Under the pieces are notes generated by a model, which was not told the origin of the DNA, searched no databases, and saw nothing but the letters and a program-made list of their open reading frames with translations. Source: Octopus bimaculoides (lineage: Eukaryota). From it: a DNA stretch of 39,016 nucleotides. Each line of letters opens with the position of its first letter. Within the stretch, counting starts at the first letter, position 1. The position numbers and the translations under genes were made by a program. This document shows, in pieces, positions 1 through 13,296 of this stretch. The stretch lies in the NCBI RefSeq assembly GCF_001194135.2, contig NC_069001.1, positions 748,607 to 787,622 of the forward strand. The letters run 5' to 3'.

Positions 1-391
1 ACACACACACACACACACACACAAACGGAGGCATACACGCACACACAGACAAGACATACGCAGACTGTAAAAAGAAAAAAATAGACATAACCAAATTTAG
101 GTTGTCCCTAGAAAAATTGAGAAGCTTAAAATTCTTATGTTGAGAAGACAAGTCTTGATAGGGGCCCAGGCTGTGTGCAGGTGGGAGAGGGGACACAAAA
201 ACACTTGCTCACAGCCAGTTGCGTAACGGTCAGAGAATTCTTTCCTTTGTTTATGTTGGATTTGTATATTTTATTTTAATTCTTTTTTTTGGTAACAACT
301 GCTTTATCATTTTTTTCCCTTATTCTGGTTGTAATTAGTTTTATGTAGGGGAGAGTACATCTGAAGATGTTGGGGGTCGTGGTGGTCATCG
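1..391 (-). other. PKN 3' UTR (at least proximal part)
   Basis: Directly downstream of the TGA. A minus-strand AATAAA at about 270-275 is a possible but unproven poly(A) signal. Confidence 0.6.
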
Positions 392-535
<144 letters not shown>

Positions 536-1129
536 CTAGAATTAAGAACAAAAAAAAAAAAAGAAAATATACTTAAATAAATATAGAGGTAGGAAGACAA
601 AGAAACACAAGTTGTCTTCATACAAGTATTTACAGGGAATCCAAAAGACAAACTAAAGAAAACAAAATGAACAAAAGGAGTTGCTTTGGGCAAACCATGG
701 AATATGTCAATCAAGTCTTCATGCATAAGATACAAGATATCTTGGGTTGGACAGTTTAATAGGAACTGGAATGGCTTGGAGCTATACCAGGTTCCACAAT
801 CTGTTTTGTGGCTTGGTTTCTATGGCTGGAGGACCCCTTCCTAACACCAACCAGTTTACAGAGTGTACTGGGTGCTGCTTGTTCCTAGAGACCTGTAATG
901 CAAAGCCTGGTCAACTCTCATCGGAAGAATACAACAAAAGGCACTGGTTTTCAGGTCTTCCTTATGTCAGTGCTACTCCATGGACATCCAGGCTACACTT
1001 GCTCAGTATTCTTCAGCACACTACATCATCATCATACGTCCGCCTTCCATGCTAGCATGGGTTGGATATCTTTATTTCTTATGAATTACTTGTTTCAGTT
1101 TTTCGACTGTAGCCATGCTGGAGCACCAC

Positions 1130-1405
1130 TTTGAAGCAGCTTAATCAAATGAATCAAGCCCTGGTACTTATTTGATCAATTTCTTTAGGCCAAACTGCTA
1201 GGTTACAATGACATAAACAAGCCAGTACCAGTTGTCAAGTGGTAGTGGGGAACAAACAGAAACACAAAGAGGCATGCATAACAGGCTTCTTTCAGTTTCC
1301 ATCTACCAAATCCACTCAAAAGGCTTTGGTTGGCCCAAGGTTTTAGTAGAAGTCACTCGCACAAGGTGCAAGGCAGTGGGACTGAACCTAGAACCATAAA
1401 GTTGG
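1130..1405 (-). mobile_element. tRNA-derived SINE copy (abundant family)
   Basis: Shares gaaactgaaagaagcc and ggttcagtcccact blocks with copies at about 6978-7400(+), 8045-8310(+), 12690-12835(-), 27540-27625(-), 31170-31620(+) and 35415-35555(+). Boundaries approximate. Confidence 0.7.
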
Positions 1406-1436
1406 GAAGCAAAAAATGCACACATTATATGTATAA

Positions 1437-1575
1437 AAGAGAGAGGGAGAGAGGGGGAGAAAGAGGGAGAGTGGGGAGAGAGGTGGAGAGAGGGGGAGGG
1501 GGAGAGAGAGAGGGGGAGAGAGAGAGCAGGAGAGAGAGAGCAGGAGAGTAGGGAGAGAGAAGAGGAAAGAAAGAA
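1437..1575. repeat. Purine-rich (GA)n/(GGA) microsatellite, representative of dozens of (CA)n, (TA)n, (GA)n, (TAA)n and (TGA)n tracts
   Basis: Read directly. Others include 5884-5941, 10697-10790, 20443-20481, 22657-22730, 28861-28955, 32440-32525 and 37485-37590. Confidence 0.95.
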
Positions 1576-1678
1576 GGAATGAAAGTAAATTGTAAAATTT
1601 TCTTTAAACTTTCATCGTCATCACCATTATCATGTGAAAGAAAGAAAAACAGACAAAAGTATATAAATGCCAACTGAC

Positions 1679-1738
1679 CACTGTCGGTGTAAACGGAGGT
1701 CTTGTTCTCTTCATGAGTAATGCATCCCAATCAATATT
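1679..1738 (-). CDS. PKN: PKN exon (NIDWDALLMKRTRPPFTPTV)
   Basis: cttttcag / gtcagt, 60 nt, phase 0-0; IDW...PPF.P AGC motif. Not in the ORF track. Confidence 0.95.
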
Positions 1739-2166
1739 CTGAAAAGACATTTCATTAAATGATGTAATAACAAACAAGAAAGGGAATACATATTTAAAAG
1801 GGTTTTGTAGTTATCAAGTAATTAAAGACCCCTTAGTGGTTAGCCCCTACCCTAGATCAGTCTTGAAACAAAATCAGCAGATAGGCAATCAACAGTGTTC
1901 CACACATCTTTTTTGTTTTCAAAGGTGAGGAGGGATTTGAGGGAGATCTGGCTGCTGTTTCTAGCAAGTCAATATTTATGCATGCACACACACACAATGG
2001 GCTTCCTACAGTTTCCCAGAATCATATGCACTCACAAGGCATCGGTCAGCCTGGGGCTACTGTAGAAGACAACTGCCCATGAATTTAAACCTCTGGACAA
2101 AAAAAAAAAGTTCCAATCAAGCAAAATATGAAACAAGAAAATATTTTGCGCTAAAAGATGCCTCTA

Positions 2167-2436
<270 letters not shown>

Positions 2437-2590
2437 TTACGTCCTCAGCAAGATAACAGCCTTCCAAACCCTTTAGCCATTTTGTAATCATATCCCTCTT
2501 GAAATATGCTGCCTTTGTTGCAATCAATTTCATACATACTGAAGAATTTCGTAAAATAATATTGTCATTATTTAACTGATGTTTGGAACA

Positions 2591-2811
2591 TACAAGGGGG
2601 TGCTGTAAAGTTCCTGGCTTTGGATAAAAGAAAATACAGGAAGATCAGTTAGTTAAGAATTTATTCAACATATTCCCCTCTCAGATTCACACACTTATTG
2701 CAGAGGTCGTTCAGTTTTTTTGTGCTCTGTAAATGAACTCCGAAGGCTGGGCCTCCAACCAGGCCTTCCGCAATACCCTTAAAAGCCAGCAACTTTTCAG
2801 CACACCCCATA
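2591..2811. mobile_element. Mariner-type MITE with TA target duplication
   Basis: Imperfect TIRs of about 28 bp (ggggtgctgtaaagttcctggcttt / aaagccagcaacttttcagcacacccc), flanked by TA on both sides; interrupts another repeat. Confidence 0.75.
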
Positions 2812-2957
2812 ACTGACATGAAATTTTGATGGAAGGTTTTAATTTAGTTCACTTTAGAACAGAAAGTTGTTATCATATTGCCAGAGGTAGTAAAGTCCGT
2901 GACCCTCAAGAAATACTTGTCAAATTCTATCACATGTGAAGATGAAGCATTCAATTA

Positions 2958-3107
<150 letters not shown>

Positions 3108-5228
3108 TTAATGAGATGGTGACAGAAAAAAAAAAGAATATATATACACATATACACATACATGCAAACACACACATATACACACATAAAGCAAATCAAA
3201 TTTAGAAACATAACAGCAAGTTCAAAAAATGTTCACAGTTAATATTAAATTGACACTCAACGAAGGAAGAAAGTTATAGAATAAAAGTCATCAAGAATAC
3301 TATTCATATCATAATTATCAAATATAACTTTTCTCTCTAAAATTTTAGACTTTATTTCCCCAATAAAACACCAGCAGAAAATGTTACAAGCTTTTATGGT
3401 TTCTTTCATAAAAAAAAAATTTAGTAAAAATTTATATTTAAATATCACATCTGTTTACATAACAAGTAGAAGACACTAATTAATTGAAAGTAGTTGAAGA
3501 AATTAATTGGGCATTAATTGCCACTTGCTTTATTTTTAAAGTAGCAGCAAAAATCTTCAATCCAAAATGGAAAATGGTCATGTTTAAGGAACATAATAAT
3601 AACAATAATAATAATAATAATTTTTACTAATATAAAGCACAAGGCTAATAATTTTCATGTGAAAGGGTTAATCTGTACGAGCAACCCCAGCACTTGACTT
3701 GTACTTTATTTTGTCAATTGCAATAGGATGGAAGTGAAGATGCATAGCCTACTCATGATTGCAAGGTCACGGTCTCAATTCTTGGACCAGGTGGTGTGTT
3801 GAGATTTTGGGCAAAACACTTCATTTTACATTGGTCCACTTCACTCAGCTGTAAACAAGTGACCCTGTGATGGATCAGTGTCCCATTCTGGAGGGGGGGT
3901 GATCTCAGTCACTTATAGGCTATGGGAAAATGGGCAACTGCCCATATGAGTCTTAGGACACAAGACAGCAATGTCCAGGGTTTGACAACGATGACGAAAG
4001 GGTGAAAGGCAAAGTTGACTTCAGCAAGGTTTGATCTCAAAAACCTCACGAGCTTCAAGAAATATTCCAAAGCAACTTTTTTTTTTTTTTTTAGTATTTC
4101 TTGTAGCTCTTTACATTCTGAGTTCAAATCCCACTGAAGTCATCCTTTCAGGGCCGATAAAATAAAGTACCAGTCAAGTACTGCTGGCCTTGTGCCTAAA
4201 CTAGACTCTAAGAACATGACAGTAATAACGAGAAAGACAACTAATTCATCTCTAAAATTTCTCTTGGATAATTAAAATGACTTCATAATTCCTAAAATAA
4301 AAATAATAATAAATAAAAACAGAAAATAAAGGAACGGGTGAAAAAACAAAAATAAATTTTAGTTTTAGACATACACAAAATCAACAGCAATCCTGAGAAC
4401 ACACAGAAAGTGATTAATTCAACTGGAAAAAAAAAACTGACAAATAAAATAACTGAAAGTTATAAAGTCACAGATTAATTATGAAATTGAAATATTGAGT
4501 AGCAGTTGATTTGATCTGATGATGTATGTGAGTGATCATATTGATCTGATACAATAGTGTTTGTTATGCATCAAAACTATTGATCATCTTGGCTGTTGTT
4601 TTGAGAGAAGCCATCTTCTCAACCAAATCTTATTTCACAAAAACGAAAAACAAAAAAAAAAAAATGTCTTTTCTTACAACAAACTGTTGTGTCTTGTCAC
4701 AGGTTAATTAATGGTGTCTCATAACAGGTAGTCTGCCCCCTAATAAACAATATTGTTTCTTTGTGCTGGACAGGTTGACAAGTGAACTAATCATCATCCA
4801 AAGGACTTTGCTCAAAGGACTCTGGTTTTCCCATTTTCCAACAAATATAAAATAGTAGAAGCTACAATCACACACACACACACACACCAATGTATAAGAG
4901 GCACTCTTGGATAAGATGCATCCTATTTTCTAAATATATTTTGTGGAACAAAACTGGTTTTGTAAGAGGAAAATGTATGATTCTGTGCAACAGTTTACTG
5001 GAATAAAGAATGAAACCATAAATTTATCTAACAAAGAGCCTGCACTATGGCACCATCTATCCATCCATCCATTCTCACAGCTCGCTATTCCTGTAAGCCC
5101 CATCAGAAGCAACTGTCATAAGCTTTAGTTTTAGATTTTAATTAAAACACAAACACTTCAGCACATGCAATGTCAGGCAGGTTTGTCTCAAAATGGTTTT
5201 GAAGGGAGGATGAAATAAGAAGTTACAG

Positions 5229-5883
5229 NNNNNNNNNNNNNNNNNNNNNNNNNNNNNNNNNNNNNNNNNNNNNNNNNNNNNNNNNNNNNNNNNNNNNNNN
5301 NNNNNNNNNNNNNNNNNNNNNNNNNNNNNNNNNNNNNNNNNNNNNNNNNNNNNNNNNNNNNNNNNNNNNNNNNNNNNNNNNNNNNNNNNNNNNNNNNNNN
5401 NNNNNNNNNNNNNNNNNNNNNNNNNNNNNNNNNNNNNNNNNNNNNNNNNNNNNNNNNNNNNNNNNNNNNNNNNNNNNNNNNNNNNNNNNNNNNNNNNNNN
5501 NNNNNNNNNNNNNNNNNNNNNNNNNNNNNNNNNNNNNNNNNNNNNNNNNNNNNNNNNNNNNNNNNNNNNNNNNNNNNNNNNNNNNNNNNNNNNNNNNNNN
5601 NNNNNNNNNNNNNNNNNNNNNNNNNNNNNNNNNNNNNNNNNNNNNNNNNNNNNNNNNNNNNNNNNNNNNNNNNNNNNNNNNNNNNNNNNNNNNNNNNNNN
5701 NNNNNNNNNNNNNNNNNNNNNNNNNNNNNNNNNNNNNNNNNNNNNNNNNNNNNNNNNNNNNNNNNNNNNNNNNNNNNNNNNNNNNNNNNNNNNNNNNNNN
5801 NNNNNNNNNNNNNNNNNNNNNNNNNNNNNNNNNNNNNNNNNNNNNNNNNNNNNNNNNNNNNNNNNNNNNNNNNNNNNNNNNNN
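5229..5883. other. Assembly gap (N run)
   Basis: 655 N, flanked by (TG)n on the right. Confidence 1.
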
Positions 5884-5944
<61 letters not shown>

Positions 5945-6714
5945 CATTAGATGTATAACTGCTACAGATAAGTTTAGAGCTGAACAGATTATCCTAATCC
6001 AGCCTGCTTCCAGTACATTGATTAAGTAACCACTAAGCATTACTGGTTATGATATCCTGGGTAAATGTAGGAGGGAATGTGATAAACACAAGTTTGTTCC
6101 CCTACATATGTTTCACCATTGTGGTTGTTTGGAACCCTGCATTGGTAATTCAAAATGTATTTGGATGTTTAACCACGAGGGAACTTCAAGGGGAACACTT
6201 TATTGCATTGCATTACAGACAACTAATGTGCGCATGTTTCTGTCTCCTTATCTTAACATCATCTGATGGCTATAAACAAGCATTACAGCAGAGCAATGCT
6301 GTTTACTTCCAGTCTTCCATGAAAGACATGTCTGGTCAAGAGCATATATTTCCTTGTTTGGAAACAGTTGAGGGTCGGTGACAGGGAGTGCATCCAGCTG
6401 TAGAAAAATTACAACAAACTCCAGTCCAACCCACGCAAGCATGGGAAATTGGACATTATGATGATGATGATGTTTATAATAACGATATATATCAAATTCT
6501 CTAAAACTTCCAAAAAAACCAAAAAAACAACTGTTTATTTATCTAAGGAGAGGTCACCAATAAAACCTCATTTCAAGGCTATTTAATACTTTGTGACTAT
6601 TGCTTTGGCTCACTGGGCTGGCTGGCTGGTATCTGGTTACCCACATACACAAAGCAGTGAGGAAAGAAACAAATATAACAATACGTAAAATAGTTAAACG
6701 TGGAGATGCGTGGC

Positions 6715-6970
6715 TTAGGGGTGAGGGTGTTGCATTCATGATTGTAAGATTGTGATTTTAATTCCTGGACCAAGCAATGTGTTGTGTTTTTGAGCAAAAC
6801 ACATTGTTTCACATTACTCCAGTTCACTCAGCTGACAAAAAGGGAGTCATCCTGCAATGGGCTGGTGTCCCATCCAGGGGGACTATATTATATATGCCAC
6901 AGAATCTGGGAAACCAGCCGTGTAAGTGTACAGCTCATGAAGGACCTTGCAGCATCTTTTTTTAAAACAG
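6715..6970 (+). mobile_element. Second SINE family (ttcctggacc...gcaaaacac...cactcagctg core)
   Basis: Similar copies at about 3755-3960(+), 26740-26900(-) and 33830-34020(-). Boundaries approximate. Confidence 0.6.
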
Positions 6971-7136
6971 TTACACAGGTGTGGCTTTATGGCTTTATGG
7001 CTAGGTAGCTTGCTTTTCAACCACAAGCTTTTGGGTTCAGTCCCTCTGCACAGCTGAGCAAGGGTATTGGGATACAGTTCCAAGATGACAAATGACTGAG
7101 TCAATTTGGGAAGCAGAAACTGTGTAGAAGCTGTGT

Positions 7137-7167
<31 letters not shown>

Positions 7168-7550
7168 AAGTGGTTGGCATTAGGAAGGACATCAGGCCAC
7201 AGAAAGCAGACTCTGGAGCATGATGCAGTTCCTGGACCCAACGAACCATGCCAAACCATCCAACTCATATCAGTGTGGAACATGGACATGTGTGTCGTTG
7301 TGCTTGTTTTCACTTCACTGATGCTTAACAGATGGTGTTGGTTTCTTTACATCCCTGAAACACAACAGTTTGGCAAAGCGGGTGGGAGGCAGCAGAATAT
7401 GTATCAGGCTTAAAAGAATAAGAAGAAGAAAAAAAGAAAATATTGGCATCGATTTGTTCTACTAAAATCTTGAGGCAATGCTCCAGCATGGCCGTAAGTA
7501 AAATATAAAAGAACCATACACGTTAGCAGAAATATTTACTTTACACTGCA

Positions 7551-7581
<31 letters not shown>

Positions 7582-8309
7582 TATTATTATTATAATTATT
7601 ATCATTATTATTACTTGATATTAATGTTTAAACAGTTGTTAATATTATTAGGGAAGTATCAGACAATAAACTACATAGAAGTATTTTTAGTTAAGGGCTC
7701 TTCCCTTTCTGTTCAAATCCCACAAGGTCGAACCTGTCTTTCCTCCTTTAGGAGTTTGGTAAAATGAAGTTATGCGAATCAGAAGAAAAGATAGATTCCT
7801 TTGCTGACCAAATAAAGTAGCAATCAAATAGTATCTGTGATTGTACTGAAGCTGACCCCTGCCCTTTACCCTGCAAAATATGTAGGCCTTCTAAGACCAG
7901 TGTTAGGGGTGTATTTCAGGTATTCAAGTCAGTCATGTGAGAGTGTTAAATCAAGGATCAAAATGGGACAAAGGGAATATTTTGGGAACCTAAATTAATA
8001 TCTTCATGAAAAATATATAACACACAGAGCCCTATATATATAAGGTGCAGAGGTGGCCATGTGATAAGAAGCTTTCTTCCCAACCACATGGTTCCACTGG
8101 GTGGCACCTTAAGCAAGTATCTTCTACCATAAACTCTGGATCAACCAAGCCTTGGGAGAGGATTTGGGAGAGAAAAACTGAAAGAAGCTTGTCACATATT
8201 ATGCATGTGTGTGTCCTTGTGTTTCTCTCTCTACCCCACCCCCCTTGAGAACTGGTATTGGTTTGTTTACATCCCCATAACTTAATGATTCAACAAAAGA
8301 GACTGATAG

Positions 8310-8848
8310 ACTCGGAAAGTTTGTGAAGAACTGATTGACCCAATTTGCTGACTTTTCTGATGGCATGCAGGTGTCGATAAATGGTTGAATGACCAAATCC
8401 AAGCTTTTCTGGTAGTTCCTCAACAGTTATGATGGAATTTTGTACCACCAGAGGTTTGCAGGATGTCCTCGTTGAGCTCTACAGATCTTCCAAGACAAGG
8501 ATTGTCTTCTAGGCTGTAGTTTCTGGTTTGGAAATTCTGGAACCACCGTTGACACTGGCTTATGCGCATTGTCCGATTCCCATATACTGCATTCATACTT
8601 TCCGTCCCTTTGTTGCCTTTAACTCATAAAGCAAAATATGGCAAATATGTTCCTTTGTCACTTCCATTATAGCTTTGAAAAAGCAACTGTTACAATCGAA
8701 CTGCACTCTGCAAACTTGCACTTAGAATAAGGTAAAATTACTGCCTGCTTTTATAGCAAGTTGATGCAGGTGGTTTATCCTGTCCCGCTCCAACTTTTAG
8801 CTAATGCAATTGAAAAAAATCGCATTATGTATGGAATGACCTGATGTA
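8310..8848 (-). mobile_element. Degenerate mariner transposon, 5' part
   Basis: Frameshifted translation MEVTKEHICHILLYELK...NAVYGNRT...QCQRWFQNF...SLEDNPCLGRSVELNEDIL / VEELPEKLGFGHSTIYRHLHAIRKVSKLG matches a mariner HTH region. TIR-like end at about 8812-8848. Confidence 0.85.
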
Positions 8849-10229
8849 TGCATGTATGTTATATATATGTATGTATGTATGTATGCTATATATATATGTA
8901 TGTATATAGACATGCATACACACTGATATCGAAAAGTGTCTGAATGAAATGAATGAAAATTAAACTAATTCCTTAAAAACCAGACAAGGTAAATAACAAC
9001 TGATAAAAAAACTAAAAAATTTAATTAAAATCTTGCTTAATCAATTTTCTCAGTGTAAATCTACAGAACAAGAATTGTATTAACAGAATACAATTTTCCA
9101 TATTTATGGAAGCGAACTTGTATGGCCTTTTGATTTGACAATCTCTCTCTCTCTCTCCCTCCATCTTTCTCACTCACACCCACATCCACATGCAACCTTC
9201 TTTGTATTAAATCCATAATGAAACAAAAGTGTTAAATGAATGCAATTTATGAAAGGTGACTGCAAGACAACATTCAAGCCATGGTGCCAAATATTTGGTG
9301 ATTGGAGAGAATCATAAAATAATTCTTCAAGAGCCAGAGAACTTTAAACAGCAAAGATAAACCATTAGAACAGAAAAATAGTCCAACTAAATACAAAAAC
9401 AAGTTTTGAAATTTAATACAAAAAAGAAAGTAACAAAAATAATAATTAAAAAACAAAAAGGCAGCTGAAACTGACTCGTCACGCCAAAATGGATGCAAAT
9501 GTGTGAATTGTGTGTGAAAAACTCATTCTCCAAAAACCAAACAAACATGAAGCTCACAAGAGAAGTGACAAACTTGGATATTAGAAGACATTTATATAGA
9601 ACTCAAGACCAAAACTTATTCCATTGATATAAGAATACCTAATATTGAGAAGGTCGGTTACTTAGTATTAGACAAGATTCCACAACATTTCTGTTTCTAC
9701 TATATTGTCCGGCATTATAAGACAATTTTTAGAGAGCAAAATTTACAGCCAAAACAAGTAGGTCGACATAGACACCAAGACAACTTTGGAGGGCCAAAAT
9801 TTCTATGTGAAATGCAGCAGGATTTCGAAAGATAGAGATGATGTTCAAACATTTACACTTAAATACTATGTCAGCTTGCATGCCGGAAAATATGGTAAAT
9901 ATCTGAGGCAAGTTCTTTTTATTCTTTAATATTTTAGAATTTTGTTGGTAAGATTGCAAATTTCTTGGAAAACTTTATTTTCAGAGATGAAACATATTTT
10001 ACAAGCATCTCTCTCATGCTACGGAAGAGTTGCCTTCCCAAATAATCTTGCCATGTTATAAAATTCCATAAATCAAAATCTATTTTTCCATTGGATAAGA
10101 AAGTTAATGTTATGGAATTTGGTGTTACAGCAAGATTTTCCAGAACACAACACTTTTGAAACATGGGAGTTGTAAGTAAAATACATCTACACTATGTTTC
10201 AATCAGCTTCATCTATTATCATCATCACA

Positions 10230-10690
10230 AGTCTATTAACTCTGTCTAATCCTCTCCTCTCTCCATATTCTCTCTGAGAGTCAAATTCTTGCACCTTGAA
10301 GGTACACCCTTACACCCCATCTCTTTTCTCTCCACCCAGGTAGGGGTCACCATGTATTTCCCCTAAAATAAAACACTCGTTTCTCTCCTTCAGTCATACT
10401 TTAACCTCTGAACACCTGGCCCAAAGCCACCTCCCAGAATACAACAGTCCCACTCAGTCGAGGGGTTCCCTGTCTTGTGAGATACTTAGGGACTTCACTA
10501 GTGCCAATGCCACATAAAAAGTACCTAGCACAGTCTGTGCTTTGGCTGGTGTTAGGAAGAAGGGAATCCAGCTGTAGAAACCATGCCAAAGTAGACACAG
10601 GAGCTTGATGCAGTTCCCTGGCCCATCAAATCTTATCAAACAGTCCAACCCTGCCAGTATGGAAGATGGACATTAAATGATAATGGTGAT
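10230..10690 (+). mobile_element. Retroposon 3' end with (TGA)n tail (SINE/LINE-shared tail)
   Basis: The catccagctgtagaaa...ccatgccagcatgg...ttaaatgatgat tail recurs at about 6380-6475, 15180-15330, 19200-19450, 22260-22465 and 31090-31170, and inverted at about 760-1070, 14345-14480, 17795-17900 and 20145-20290. Confidence 0.65.
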
Positions 10691-10692
10691 AC

Positions 10693-10755
<63 letters not shown>

Positions 10756-11168
10756 AACACACACATAGATATATATATGTGTGTGTGTGTACGTATGGTG
10801 GTCCCATACTGAATTTAAATTATAAACCTTTATTTCTAAACCAAGAGAAAGGTTACTGATACACCACAATCCTTAGAAATAACAACTCCAGAGGCTGCAT
10901 TCAAACTTGGAGAATAAAACATTTGATGATGATTAGAGATGAAAACCAACTGAAACTTAGTGAAGTTATCAATATTGGGGACAAAAAAATATTTTGTCTT
11001 CTAAGATGAGAAGAAATTGAAAACTTTAGAATAATCTAATATCTGTCTCCATTATCCAAATTTATCAAACCTTCCATGGCTTGTTTGTTTTTTTTTGTTG
11101 TTGTCTGGTTTTGGTCGTTGTTGTTGTTGTTGTTATTATTATTATTATTATTATTTCTGCTTCGTTCT

Positions 11169-11681
11169 CTAACATTCATTACAGACCTTACTATGCGGAA
11201 GTTGCAACTTTAAGTTTTTAGCATTCTTTTTGTCTACGATAGACTGCTGTACTTTCTGCCCGTCAGTATTGCTGTCGGCGGGGCATGCTTGTGGACCGCT
11301 CTCGCTGCTTTCCGAGCTGTTACAAGGAACGGTGGTACACGTCTCCTTGGGAACGTTACACTGATTGTTTTGTAAGCCGACACGATGGTCGGCAGCGTTT
11401 TTGCACTGAGTGACGGGGACTGTCGGAGCTGACATTCTCGCCTGCCTTTTAGCACGTGCTTTTGTCATGGTCAGTGTTGTTGTTGTAGTTGTTGTTGTGT
11501 TGGTGTTGGTGTGGTTGAAATGCACGGGGTTCTTGTTGCTAGGTAAGGGAATGGCAGTCATTGGGCATTTAGTTTGGAATGGTGAGGGTGCGTTGAGACG
11601 AGTATTCCGAGATGGACTTAGATACCCCTTACGTCGGAGGATTGCTTTAAACAATTTCGCTTCGTTCCTGTGGATGGGTGG
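11169..11681 (-). CDS. Candidate alternative terminal exon of PKN (PPIHRNEAKLFKAILRRKGYLSP...KVCNEC*, 170 aa)
   Basis: Acceptor aatttccatttcag in phase 0, matching the donor of exon 14041-14260. 513 nt open to TAG; GC/CpG-rich relative to the intron; N-terminus resembles the [16 protein letters not shown] exon. Confidence 0.62.
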   Translation of the reverse strand, partial: PPIHRNEAKLFKAILRRKGYLSPSRNTRLNAPSPFQTKCPMTAIPLPSNKNPVHFNHTNTNTTTTTTTTLTMTKARAKRQARMSAPTVPVTQCKNAADHRVGLQNNQCNVPKETCTTVPCNSSESSESGPQACPADSNTDGQKVQQSIVDKKNAKNLKLQLPHSKVCNEC

Positions 11682-12439
11682 CTGAAATGGAAATTACTGG
11701 AAATGAAAAGAAAAAATAAACACTAATAACGCAACACAGTTATTAATTGGCAAATTAACTAATGAGATTTTTAATCTAATTTAGATCAGATATTATTTAA
11801 TTAGCACTAATTTGAGATGGAGAAGAGCAACAGGAATTACACCAACTAATTAGGTAACATAGTTGTCCATTAAGTTACACGTCTCCTCCTGAACATATGT
11901 GTATTGTTGGAAAGTCAGAAGCTGCAGCTTGTTTGTGATTGAGACCACAACACTTCCTCTGGAACAGAACACAAGTCCATTGCAGGGTTAACTTTCCAGC
12001 TATTGTTCCACCCCATTCACAGCTGAGTGGGGGTGGGGCCACACGAAATGAAGAGTTTTGCTCAAGAACACAACACACCACCCACTTCAGGAATTGAAAG
12101 CACAGTCTTACAATCATTAGCACAACACCTTCGCCACTGGGCCATACACTTTCACTGATTAATGAAAAGAAAGGAAAAAAAAACCTGCATGTGATGAATG
12201 ACCTCCTAAAGATAAACTGATTAGCAAATTAATTTCATTAAAAGTTCACATCTCTGTTTCACAATTTGCCCCTTCCATTACAATCAGTCGACCATGTGAC
12301 CCAGTTTCAAAAAACATTTTTTTAAAAATTTTCATTTGGTTTCATATAGAATGCTATGTGGCAGCCATTGGTGTGGTGCTTATAGAGTTAGACAGATGGT
12401 AACAGTGCCTTCATGTAGTTAGCATTTTACCATTTTTTA

Positions 12440-12620
12440 AAAAACATTTTTTTTTTTTCCAGTTACAAATCATGGTTCAACCTGGTGCATATTGTGTGTT
12501 TGCTGTGGAAGTGTTTGTCAATCTATAAAATGTGGGATCATTTTGGCCGCACCTTGAACTTTGAAACCGTGCTGATGACTAAGAGAATCTGAATGAAGAA
12601 GGAATCAAAAGGGTCCACAG
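12440..12620 (+). mobile_element. Possible Tc1/mariner-superfamily 5' remnant
   Basis: ttttccagttacaaatcATGGTTCAACC...GTGTTTGCTGTGGAAGTG resembles the start of Tc1-like transposases (MV...FAVE.F); short and broken. Confidence 0.3.
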
Positions 12621-13260
12621 ATAATAAAATAAAAAAAAGAGGGGGCTGGGAAACATTGGTTTAGATGAACAAATTAGTCCCAACATTTATTTTATTAAAG
12701 TCTAGTACTTATTCTATCAGCCTCTTTTGCTGAACAGCTAAGCTATAGGGATGTAAACAAGCTAACACCAGTTATCAAGTGGTGGATGGAACACACACAT
12801 GACAGGCTTTCACACAGTTTCCATCTACCAAATACTGAGAATTAAGATTTTGTTCGTTATTATTATTATTATCATTATTATTACTATTAGTGGTAAGTGA
12901 TGTAGGGGGTAAGATACATTCCAAATGGGGAAGGTCTAAGGTCAAGTATTTGGTCTGTCCTATTTAAACAACCTTGAGAAAAGCATGAACACCACACATA
13001 TTCGTTTATTTCTTTCATAAATTCAAGGCCTCCATCAGTCTAATATAAGAAATCAAATGTTCATTTGCCTGTCCTATAAATGTGATGCTGTTTCAAGCTT
13101 GTTTCATATCAATGTGGTTCTAACTGAAGCTAAACTGTTTTAGTAGTTTTACTACAGAAGGAAAGAAAAAAGAAAAAAAAAAGAACCAAACGATGTCTTT
13201 GTTACTTAGTGACTAAAACTACATTATGAAACTTCATGCAAGCCAAAAAAAAATAAATAA

Positions 13261-13296
<36 letters not shown>

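Noticed and set aside
4708-4816. SPL..DDD-like words suggesting another copy of the SPFPGDD exon
   Set aside because: Poor acceptor, similarity limited to a few nucleotides and split across frames.
5138-6040. 300-aa ORF in the track
   Set aside because: Artefact of reading through the N gap and the (TG)n tract.
11410-11685. Plus-strand ORF with a poly-Val transmembrane-like run
   Set aside because: It is the antisense shadow of the poly-Thr codons in the 11169-11681 exon.
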